Source: Lytechinus pictus
Taxonomy: Eukaryota
Assembly: GCF_037042905.1 (NCBI RefSeq)
Contig: NC_087258.1
Span: 23,064,001-23,128,000 of the forward strand
Direction: 5' to 3'
DNA: 64,000 nt
The position numbers and the translations under genes were made by a program. Each line of letters begins with the position of its first letter. Position 1 is the stretch's first letter. Of this stretch, positions 38,274 through 49,763 are shown one piece after another. The notes under the pieces were generated by a model that was not told the origin of the DNA, ran no database searches, and worked only from the letters and a program-made list of their open reading frames with translations.

Positions 38274-40291
38274 ATCTGATGGGTCGATGGTGAAGTTACT
38301 CGTAGACGAAGATATGATCTACTTTAGTTGTGAAACTCTAGTTTGCTTGTGGCCTTTAAGTGTGCCTATATCTCAACCAACTATGGTTGTGAATGTACAA
38401 TCCCTAGCGTCAGTACCAAGACTTCAATTTTAATCATTTAGCAGTTTTCGCCTGAGAAATCTTCCACTGATTAGCAGCAGTCTTGAACTAGCGGGAGCAC
38501 GTTGAAAATTATATACCATCAGCCAAACTCTAAATGCAAAATGGACCTCTTGCTCTATGAGATTTTTTTGTTCGACAAACCTCTATCTATCTCAAGTGCA
38601 GAGGGGAAAGAGCCGTGCGTGTGGATATCAATGTATGGATGTATCATGATGAAACGATGTTTGATGTTTAACAAAGACACAATTAACAATTTTGCTTTAT
38701 CATGTTTATTGATTGATGGAATTGATACAAGGGTATTGCAAATAGCATCGTTAGGTTATCAAACACACAAAAAAGTAAATTTGAAAACCTTAAGTGTTTG
38801 AATGCTGTGTGAGCAACTTCCTTATTTAACACCAGATAGATACCTACCAAAAAGCTTGAGTAGCACGAACGTGATGGTGAAGAATTGAGTACTTCATATC
38901 TGGAAACGGACTCTTTGAGATAGAGAAGGGGGATGAGAGAGATAGAGAGTGAGGGGAAGGGAGAGAGAGGGGAGAGGAGCAGAGAAGAGATGTATATATA
39001 TCAATCAAGTGAAATCTATAAAGGAAATGTAATATCGCAAATAAAACGTACAAATTATTATACTATAACCCAACAAAAAGTCAATAAGAAAATTCTAACA
39101 ATTCAATCAAACGTATAACACATGTTTTTTTTTACCAATATGGTCAGTTCAATCCGTAACAAAACAGATACATTAAAAACATGCAGCAATCATAATATAA
39201 TTCATTTTCAGAGTTGATTTTATTTCATAAGCATTACACAAAGTGGACGGCAATGAGTTATCATTCAAAAGTATTCACGTAAACATTAAAACACACTTTC
39301 TCCGAAATTACGTGTTCTGCTTAATACAATTTTAAAATATTTAAGAGAAGATAAGAATTATCCTGGAGTTTAATTTGATGCAAGAATAAATGATACGTAT
39401 TTCTGCAAAGACACTGACCGCGTAATAATCATTAATCATTCTTTCTACTGGTATATGCTTGCACTTCCAGAGCAAATCTTTAGTCTATTTTTGAGTATTC
39501 GACGTGAAGAAGACCGCACAAGATTAAAATATATATATTTTTTCATCAATAACTGCACAACCAAAGTAAGGGTATGCACTTTCCAAAAGTGAGTATTGCA
39601 TTTTGCAGCTGTCGTCAAAATGTGTATTAGAATTATCTCGATATCACAAACACACGATATAAATTCTAAAGGACATAATCTTTCTCTTCTGACTTTCTGA
39701 CATCAAGGTTGTTCTTTCACTCTAATATGCATAGATGATCAAGTTTGAAAGGTATGGTCCAGATTTGTTTGAGGTGAATTATTTTTATCCTAATTATATG
39801 ATTGGTTGGGTGTAACCACGTGACCTGTCATTTATTTGACATAACGCGTAGATTACTATTGACCGATGATGATTGGTCATTAGTAAAGTATAATGACCGG
39901 TCATTGTTTCGGGATGAAGATGATTAAACAAAATAACAATGATTTATATTGTATTACTATATAAAACTTTTAATATACATCATTTTGCCCTGGTATTAGA
40001 ATAATTACTCACACTTAGATGTCGTTAAACGCCTTCGGCTTCGACTCGGGCGTATTAAAAATGTAACAAAGCTTCCTCGTGTATGTGAGTTTTACTAATG
40101 CCACTGAGGATCATGATTTGTAATATTTGTATATTAATGTGTGCTGTTTTTAAGTACAGTAATATGTAGGGATAGTAAATTTCATGTTATTTATTGACTT
40201 GCATGCCTCTATTACCTTAAAGTGGTGAACAGTTGACGTGTTTTGAGTAAAACCCTTATTAACCATCATGATAATTATAATTATTATATGT

Positions 40292-41326
40292 TTATGATTT
40301 TGTTAGCACGAGTGAACGGGCCCACTTGGTCGGCTCTTTAATTTCAGAGATATTTCGAGTCACGATACATTTGAACACGTGTCTGAACACCGGATGTTTC
40401 CAGGCATACACGATCGGGTTGACGCAACTGTTGAATGCGATGATGGCGACGGTCATGGGACTTACTTCGTGATCGTCGGGTACGAAGAGGATGACGATGG
40501 ACGGTGTCACACAGAGGAAGAAGAGGACGATGATGATCAGCATATTCGTGGTGATCTTCGATTCGAGCTCCCGCTGGCGTTGTGCGAATTCTCCTTTGAC
40601 CGGTTTTGGCTCGTCGCGGACACCAGGGGCCTTCGATGTATCTTCCATCGGACTGTTTGTCGCACCGCGGCTCTCAGCATGCTCCTCAGATCCTATGCGA
40701 CGCAGATGGCGCTTGACATGTTGGTAGATTTTGACGTAGCAGATGACGATCAGGACTAGGCACATCACAAGCCATGCCCCTGCTGTGTACGAGTACGAGT
40801 TGCCTTCGACATGGGAGCATATACCTTCGTCCAGTCCAAACTTGGCAAGTCCCGAAGCCGCCAATACGACGTTGAAGCAGGTGACCGAAAAGGAACTGAC
40901 GGCAATCATAATCGCCGTTTTCCTGCGCGTGTACAATCGATTGTAATCCGTTCTAGCCTTGGTTATCATGTAGAATCTGTTGTAGGCTATGAGAGCTAGG
41001 ATAGTCACGCTCACCCCCATGAAGAGACACATTGCTACAGCCGCAAAGACACACACCCTGTCAAAGGACACCGATCTACTCAACCCGATAAGTGACACAA
41101 CCTGCACTGGTAGGAGAAGGCAATTGAGAAGGTCGATCACCGCGAGAACGACCACGAAGATATTCGTGGTCGTCTGCAGTTGGCGCGATAGCACGACAGC
41201 GGCGATGACCATGGTGTTCCCTATAACCCCTAGGAGGGATGTCGTGGCAAAGATCCATGCTGCTATTATCCTTTGAACACTCATATCAGATGGGTCGATG
41301 GTGAAGTTACTCGTAGACGAAGACAT
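40292..41326 (-). CDS. Single-coding-exon rhodopsin-class GPCR copy 3 (344 aa, intact)
   Basis: Complete ORF with N-terminal NFT sequon, GN, LAVID, AYNRF, CVTP and NPIVY motifs. Confidence 0.92.
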   Translation of the reverse strand: MSSSTSNFTIDPSDMSVQRIIAAWIFATTSLLGVIGNTMVIAAVVLSRQLQTTTNIFVVVLAVIDLLNCLLLPVQVVSLIGLSRSVSFDRVCVFAAVAMCLFMGVSVTILALIAYNRFYMITKARTDYNRLYTRRKTAIMIAVSSFSVTCFNVVLAASGLAKFGLDEGICSHVEGNSYSYTAGAWLVMCLVLIVICYVKIYQHVKRHLRRIGSEEHAESRGATNSPMEDTSKAPGVRDEPKPVKGEFAQRQRELESKITTNMLIIIVLFFLCVTPSIVILFVPDDHEVSPMTVAIIAFNSCVNPIVYAWKHPVFRHVFKCIVTRNISEIKEPTKWARSLVLTKS

Positions 41327-43622
41327 GATCTACTTTAGATGCGAACCTCCAGTTAGTTTGTGGCCTTTAACGGTGTATATATCTCAACCTATTATGGTTA
41401 CGAATGTACAATCCCGAACTTCAGTACCAAGACTTCACTTTTTAATCATTTAGCAGTTTTCACCTCGGAAATCTCCCACTGAATAGCACCAGTCTTTAAC
41501 TAGCGGGAGCACGTTGAAAAATATATAGCATCAGTCAAACTCTACATGCAAGATGCACCTCTTGCTTTGAAAAGACTTTTTTTGTTCAACGAACCCCTTT
41601 CCATCTCGAGTGCAGAGGGAAAAGAATCATGCATGTGCGTGTTTGCGACAAGGAATGGATGTATATATCATGATGAAACAATGTTTGATGTTAAACAAAA
41701 CTCAATTAGTAATTTAGCTCTATTGATTTTTGAAGTTGATACAATGATATCGCAAAAGGCATCATTAGGTTATCAAACACAAATAGGTAAATTTGAAAAT
41801 CTTAAGTGTTTGAATGCTGTGTGAGCAACTTCCTTATTTAACACCAGATAGACGCCAACCAAAATCTTGAGTAGCACGAACGTGATGATGAAGAATTGTG
41901 TAATTCATATCTAGAAACGCAAACTTTTAGAGTGAGATCGAAAAGGATGAGAGGGATACAGAGAGAGAGAGAGGGGGAGAGGATGTGGTGCAGAGAAGAG
42001 ATGTGTATATCAATCAAGTAAAATCTATAAAGGAAATGAAATATGGTAAATGAAGTGGCGTCAAAACAAGAAACTGTATTCCGTTGTCAAATTAAACTCC
42101 TTTAACATGTTCAATGGTAGCGAAAATAACACAACCAGGTTTTAATTACTTTGTGGCACAGCGGCGGTAATTCAAAATTCATATATTTTTTGTGGGGCTC
42201 TTGTAGAAACAGAAGTGAATCACACGTCCTTCCACAAAGAAACTTGGTCTGGAAATGGGTATTTAACTATCCGGACAAATTAACTCACTTTTACGCGAGT
42301 TACTCTCTTTTTATTTTTATAGGTTTGAGAGAAAATATCAGGCAAATAAAATGTGCAGTAATCATGGTTATGGTTGCCATATCATTAAAATATATATAAA
42401 GATTGCCTCATATTCAATTTGTCACAAGCATAACATTTCACAAAGGTGAAAACGTTACCATGGTTACTCCACAGTTTTATAAAGTACTAAAAGGTTTTAT
42501 AAAGCACAGGTTTAAAAAGTACTGTACATTTTCACTGCCATCATGACGTGTCCATGATTTTAGACAATATAGCAATGAAACTCGAATAAGCATTTCGAAC
42601 AATTATTCTTGTGTTTTACACATTTCGGCATTATATAGTTTATTTCAAAAATAGGTCTCTCGTTAATTAAGGGTTCTGAAGGGCTCCCTCCTCCTCTGAT
42701 TTCGATCAATGAAGCATACAATACCTCCTCATTTTAAAAGGGAACAACTTCACTTCTCATATTTGTTATTATGTACGTTGTATTCATGTAATAAAATGTA
42801 CCCCTTTATTTGCCATCTAATACTTCTACAGCAGTAATAATCCCCAAACCCTAAAGGCCAGACAAAGAAAATGTAAATATTTCTGAATATTTTTAATAAT
42901 TGGTAATGTTTGGGCAACAGTGTGGCCCCAACTATAGTTTGTTATTCTTTATATGAATATACAAATGACTCATAATTCAACTATATGATCATAATTATAC
43001 ATTATTACTATGTAAAATTTAATGTATTTAATGTTGTGATGGTCACACTATGTACATTGTCATGACATGCAGAAACGAATAAATAAATAAATAGAATAAA
43101 ATGAATGAATATAAGTATACAAATGACTCATTGTTCGACATAAAACAAAGAAAACATTTGACATAATTATCAATGACGTTTATGAGGTTACGAACGTTTC
43201 CGTGCAGGTCTTCTGCTAGCATGGGCAAGTAGAAATACAATCATGGCAACTGGGATCAGTTGTACGGTCTAATAGAAAGTGACTAAATGTCACCAGTCCC
43301 ATCACAGAGTTGTGTTTCATAAGATCAAAGCTAGGCGACGCATATGATTTCATTATTTCGCTAATACGTTTTGAGGCCGCTTCCCTAGTCAAGCACTGCT
43401 TATGGTAGCGGTCTCCAGCATTTTTTTTTGTCTACTCAACAAAGTACAACTTATAATATTGCAAACTAATACTATCTATATACATTTTTGCAAATGAATG
43501 ATTATTTGTATATATTTTTGTAAAAAGAAATGTATCACTATTTTTTTCTTTATGTTGTACATTATGTTTGTTAATTATTTCTGTTGGAAAAATGCTGAAA
43601 TAAAATCAAATCAAATCAATTA

Positions 43623-44633
43623 TCATTGCTCGGTTACGTGTGCAGTCCTTCGGAGCGATCGAGCCCATTGTGTTGGTTCTTTGATAAGGTTGATCTTTCC
43701 ACCAAGGATACATCTAAAGACGTGTCGGAACACAGGATGCTTCCAGGCGTAGACTAGAGGGTTGATGCAGCTGTTGAGGGAAAGGATGGCGACGATGAGG
43801 GCGCTCGCGTCCTGATCACCGGGCAGTACCAACGTCAGAATGGACGGGAACACACACAGAAAGAAGAACACGATGACGATGAGCATATTGACGGTGATCT
43901 TTGATTCCAGTTCCTTCTGGCGCTGCGCAAACCCTCCGTTAGCCATCTTGGGTTCAACAGTCTGACTGGTGGCCGAAGAATCGGAATTCTGCTTGACTGA
44001 CGCAACATGGCGCAAATGGCGCTTGATGTGTCGATAGATTTTGACGTAGCATACCAAAATAACGACAAGAGAGGTTATTAACCATACACCAGACATGTAC
44101 GTATATGAATTACCTTCCACATGAGCGCATATGCCTTCGTAGTGTCCGAATGTTGCAGTTCCCGTTGCTGCAAGGGCAACTGTGACAAGGGATACTGCGC
44201 CACTTATTACTAAAAGCATGGCTACCATCTTTTTCTTGGTAAAGAGTCGGGTGTACTCTCCTCCTACTTTCGTGATCATGTAAAATCGATTGTAAGCAAT
44301 CAAGGTCAATGTGGAAACACTTATCCCCAAGAAGACGCAAAGACACACGGCGGCGATGGTACAAACCCAGTCGAAAGCAACGGATCTTCCGATCCCTAGG
44401 AGGGACATCACTTGAACAGGCAAGAGGAGGCAGTTGAGGAGATCAATGATGGCGAGGCCGACGACGAATATGTTGGTCGATGTCTGGAGTTGTTGAGACA
44501 GGGAAACGGCCATTATGACTAGAATGTTGCCAGGGATTCCGACCAAAGCCGTCGTTGCGAATATGGCAGCAGCAATGATACCCTGAACATTGATCTCGAA
44601 TGTGATCGTTGTGTTGTCACTAAATGATGGCAT
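43623..44633 (-). CDS. Single-coding-exon rhodopsin-class GPCR copy 4 (336 aa, older paralog)
   Basis: Complete ORF with NTT sequon, GN, LAIID, AYNRF, CVFP and NPLVY; clearly more diverged from copies 1-3. Probable 5'-UTR acceptor TTTTTTATATTTCAG| at 44738. Confidence 0.92.
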   Translation of the reverse strand: MPSFSDNTTITFEINVQGIIAAAIFATTALVGIPGNILVIMAVSLSQQLQTSTNIFVVGLAIIDLLNCLLLPVQVMSLLGIGRSVAFDWVCTIAAVCLCVFLGISVSTLTLIAYNRFYMITKVGGEYTRLFTKKKMVAMLLVISGAVSLVTVALAATGTATFGHYEGICAHVEGNSYTYMSGVWLITSLVVILVCYVKIYRHIKRHLRHVASVKQNSDSSATSQTVEPKMANGGFAQRQKELESKITVNMLIVIVFFFLCVFPSILTLVLPGDQDASALIVAILSLNSCINPLVYAWKHPVFRHVFRCILGGKINLIKEPTQWARSLRRTAHVTEQ

Positions 44634-47124
44634 ATTTATGATCGTGCTGGTAGCAAAGACATCGAACTTGGAAGATAGTTTAAAAAGATCGCTATAGTCC
44701 TACTAGTAACTGTAACATCCCCCATTGATGGTTTATACTGAAATATAAAAAAGAATTTACGAACCCGTTTTTCTCAAGTAATGTCTTGATCATGGTTGAG
44801 GTTAGAGTACAAGTTTTCAGCAAACGAATAATTTCACTTTTGGCCCCTTTTGAGTACCGACATTAACCATTTAAAAATCGTTTTAACCGCTTTAGTCAGT
44901 TAGCGTTGGTTACTTGGTAAGAAATAATGACGGGATCATGATAAAGACACTTCATTTGGACACTTTATTGTTGACTGTATCATTTCCTGATTCTTATGAT
45001 GGTTTAATTGTTCCAAAATCATGATAACATTTGATTCGTCCAAGAATGCTTTACCACATGTCGCTATGTTCTGTATACCCCTCTACCGAGCTTCACAAGT
45101 GAGGTACTCAATCTCCAACTCCTTTAAATCTTCACGGATGTCTTAGGTGCACATACAGTTGTAGTATTTTAGATCGAGACACTGCACAAACAGTGTATAG
45201 GGATACAAAAATACACCAGACGGTGGCCTGAACTGAAGGAGAAGAAGAAATCTCTCAAGAAGAACAAGAGGTCGAACGATAACCCCTCCCTTCAAGGTGA
45301 TCTATACGTTGTGGTCATTTTCCCGCCATAAGTTTGAGTCCTCTGAAAATATTTGGAGAAGTACGTTTAGTGACCTGCGTCCGGATGGAAATTATAGTGA
45401 TCATCTAGTTCTCGATACGGCCCACGCCACGAAGATTAACTTTGTTCATACTACCACTGAGGAGAGTTCCTGAAAGGTTAAACAAAAATGCATTAAAAAT
45501 AATAGTAGATTATTTTAAAATATAGGTTGATGAATGCTAAATAAGAGAAACTATGTACTGTAGAGTTATTATACGGACCGGCTAGTTTTGGTTTCATAGA
45601 ATATTTTGTGAACTTCGGGCAACAATTATCAATTTGGGGATGATGCCTTGAGTGCTTGATAAATTATTTGTCACCGTCATTTGTCAAAACGGGGGAAAAA
45701 GTCCAAATTACATTTTAGCTGAATCGGTCACAAAATCAAAACAAATTAATTCAACAAAGCATGATGGAAAATATGATATGTATAAAACTCCACAGAATAC
45801 AAAAATCAGAAAACAAGATCTGTTTGCTGAACTAATATCACCAGTGGTTTTTACCATTTTGAATATTTCATTGGCACTATCTTGTCGATAATGGGGCGAG
45901 AAATAGTACAGTTGAAAACAATGTATAGCATGGCCTTTGATTCTCTCGGGTAATTATTTATGAATAATAGGCCTATACCATTATCAATGCCTTGCGTATA
46001 ATGGTTTTCCATGCGAGGGGGCATCAATATGAAAGATTGAGTAGAAGAAATAACCAGCTTTCCTACTACGTTTGATACATCGTGAGACAACTGGTTATTT
46101 CTTCTACTCAAGCCTTCACCACGCTGAACCTCTTCCACATCAATATGTAAGATGTTAGAAAAAATGTTAGCGGGGAAGCGAATCGACCGAGCTTTTCTCA
46201 AAGGGTTTTGAGACTGAAAAGAAAAGACTTCGTGTATACTGCATAGTATATCTGTAAGAGTTACAATGAAAAAGTATCAGTTAAAATTCGTGGCGGGGGA
46301 CTAGAATCAATCCACCCAGTTTGTCCAATTCTTTATGGTGCATTTGAATTTTACATTATTTTAGATTTATTCTCATTTCATCGCTTATCTGCTTTATGAG
46401 ATATAATAATAACATAATAATATAATAAATACCCGGGAACACCCTGCTGGTAAAGAGAGAGCAATTCCATCTCTGATACCAACGCATTTCCTGTTTGCAA
46501 TAATAAAAAATATATCATTGCTCAATAATAAGCCTACATTTATTTCTCTATTATTCTGCGATTACAACGAGGAAATTAACACCGCCCCTCTTTACAAATT
46601 ATACTTTTATTACTGCCCGTAACAAAGGAATATAGCAATTTTTCATCAGCATCGCATTTGGATCTGTTTGTAATAACCAAAACAGCCTTCAACGCGAGTG
46701 CATGCACTTATTTATTTATATATTTATTTCAGTTTTATTTACGCAGGGTAGCCCTTTCAGTTATAGAACTGATTTACAAAGAGGCCACTTATGACAGGGA
46801 TTTAGAGAAATGCGCGTTGAAAAACCTTGCTATTCATTTGTACTCGATCCAATCCAGACTGAACGCATTTGCTATAGGATTGAAAATGTGTGCACAATGA
46901 ATGAATACATTGTTGGGAAAGCTGCTCAAATCAGACAAAATACAATATTGCGGTATCAAGGACATATTGGTATGCTCCTGCATGTTCAATAGTACACAAA
47001 TTATACTGCGCGGGCGAGCACATTAAGTGGATACATATACACAGGGTTTTTTTCCAATTTCAAATGTGAACAAAATGCTCCATGTCATTAAAACATACGT
47101 TTCTTCAAAATTGTTCTACAAATA

Positions 47125-47285
47125 TTATTTTGTATTATTATTATTACCATTATTATAATTATTATCATTATTATTGTTTATCATTATTATCATTATTACA
47201 ATTATTATTATATTTATTATTATCATTATTATTATTATTATCATCATTATTATTTTCATTATTATTATCATTACTGCTACTACAT

Positions 47286-47333
<48 letters not shown>

Positions 47334-47350
47334 TTGTTGTTGTTATTATC
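47125..47350. repeat. (TAT/TAC)n microsatellite
   Basis: Direct inspection. Confidence 0.9.
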
Positions 47351-48500
47351 ATTCTGTCCGAAAATGTAGGAAATATATAGCATGTGAAACCAAACCAGAA
47401 CACGATTAGATCACGAACGCTTGTCACAATCATGAATTCAAATTCTACTCCGGAGGTGAATTCCACTTAAGTTTCACTCACATCACAGTTTTCTATAGAG
47501 CGTTTGACAGGTCCGATGATTTTCTAAAGATGACTTGCAATCATCATTATGATGATGATTTCAAGATTCACGTGTGAAAAGGCCATAAGAGGGGTTTTAT
47601 ACATATATGTGTGTGTGTGTGAGAGAGAGAGAGAGGGTGTGTGTGTGTGTGTAAGGGTGTGTGCGTGTATGTCTATGTGATTCAAGATAATTCATAAAAT
47701 CGAACATAAAGTTGTTGCATACGCCGCGAGTTTAATTTGTAAAGCAAAACTATGATAATATCTGAATCAAATAAATTGCATGGATTTAAAATGGATCCGG
47801 GTCGACTTTGAAAAGCCACTAGCTGAACACTCGATTTAGATTCGAACATCGAATATTTGATTTTAAAGCTTACAAACTTTCTGAAATTCAAATTCTATTC
47901 GATTCAACCTTAATTCAGAGCTCACCCGGTGGCTAATCACATCGATCTTGATCCATTTTAGATTCCCCTTAATTAGAGTCATCATAAAATGACCAAAGTT
48001 AATTTCTGATAATTATTATGATCTTCTTCTTATTTCAAGAGAAATTATCTTGAAATAAGATTTCGATGCTGTTAATTTGCGAGATAAAGTAAGACGACTT
48101 ACCTTACGTAATTACAAAATGGATCCTGGCTTGGTCAACGAGTTTCAACGGCTACCGGTGGCAGCCCAGTGGTCACAATATTCCCCGTACCATCCCATTT
48201 AACGGTCATCATTTCAAAGTAATGATTTTTTTTCCCAATCTGCGCATAAGCTTTCATTGATTGTGTCGACAGTGCTGACATTTTCTGTAATGAAACGTCG
48301 ACTGGCAATTTCATTGAGCATGTTAACACGATTTAATAAAAAAAATGTAACACCAAACACTTCCACCGTGTGCAATAGAAGCTAGGGCGTGTTTACACTG
48401 GGATGCTATCCTTCGCTTCCGAAAGTTGCCAAGACGTCGTACATCTATTTATTTTTTTTATCAATTGTCTTCCTACTCCTTTCGTCCCTTAGATTGTGAG

Positions 48501-49687
48501 CAGTGTCGTAACTACGGGGGGGGGGGACATGGGGGGCACGTGCCCCCCCAATCGGCTGACCAAAAAAAAAAAAACGGGGAAAAGGAGAAAAAGAGGGAGA
48601 AAGGAAGAGGAACGTAGTGGCAAAGAAGAAATTATTATTCATTATAATTGTATATTGTATTATAATCAGGTTATGTTATATTACATAGGAAACATTTTTA
48701 TCATAACTTTATGAAACATAATTTGCTCAGGGTCCATGTCTTCATTGTTCCTGGTGCTCGCATTGTCTGTTTAAAGAGATATAAACCTGTTGTTCGAAAA
48801 CCTCCCGTTTTCAAGTCAATATATATACACCAAATATATTATTGTTTTATGTAGTGACATATGCTTCTTTTTCATGACTACTTAAAGTGATTGCCCCATG
48901 TTAAGGTCTTAATATAAAACATTTCCTGTCCGTGATTACCATCGCTTCAGTGGATTGGTGAGATATGTCTGCTCTCCATGAATTCCTAAAATCAGTCCTT
49001 GAAATGTCCCCTTTTCTGATCTGAATATCCAAAATTTTCAGCTCGCGCTTCGCGCTCGCATCATTTGGTTAGTGAAATACGTATGGTCTTAGTGAATTCC
49101 TACAAACAAGCCTTAGACTGCCCCGCTTCAGGTCTGAATTATCTAAATTTTCAGCTCGCGCTTCGCGCTCGCAATATTTGATTAGTGAGATGCGTATGAT
49201 AATCATGATAACATTGACTACAAAAAGTGCTTCATGTGTTCAGATGTAATTCTAACAAAATTAGTAAGCGCTTGGCACTCGCATTACATGACTATGGTGA
49301 GATATGTATACTATTAAGAGATTCCTAAAATAAAGTCCTTAAGATCTCCCTGTTTGGGATCAATATATACAAAAATTTCGGCTCGCGCTTCCCGCTCGCA
49401 TTGTTTAGCAAGACAGGTACGTATCATGATTACAAAAATTCGATTATAAAGTCCTTTTTTAGGTCTGAATATCAAAAATTTTCAGCTCGTGCTTCGCGCT
49501 CGCATTATTTGATTGCTGAGTTGTGTATGTTATTCATGATTGCAATGACTACAAGTGCTTCCTTAAAATGTCTCTATTAGGTCAGTATACCTGACAACTT
49601 AGCGCGCTTCGCGCGATCACTATATAAGTGACTTAAAAATTTTGCTGGTGCCCCCCCCCCAATGCCGTGACCCACGGTACGCCACTG
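48501..49687. mobile_element. hAT-like non-autonomous element
   Basis: CAGTGTCGTA ... TACGCCACTG termini with perfect 8-bp TSD ATTGTGAG (48493-48500, 49688-49695); internal repeated CAGCTCGCGCTTCGCGCTCGCA modules. Confidence 0.85.
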
Positions 49688-49763
49688 ATTGTGAGTAAAC
49701 TGGGGAGCGTTTCGTCAGCATTTTTGTCTGACAAGTTGTTGCATCTGACAACTTTTCTTGATT

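Noticed and set aside
26598-41276. Plus-strand ORFs overlapping the GPCRs, conserved between copies
   Set aside because: Antisense shadows of recently duplicated coding sequence; no independent evidence.
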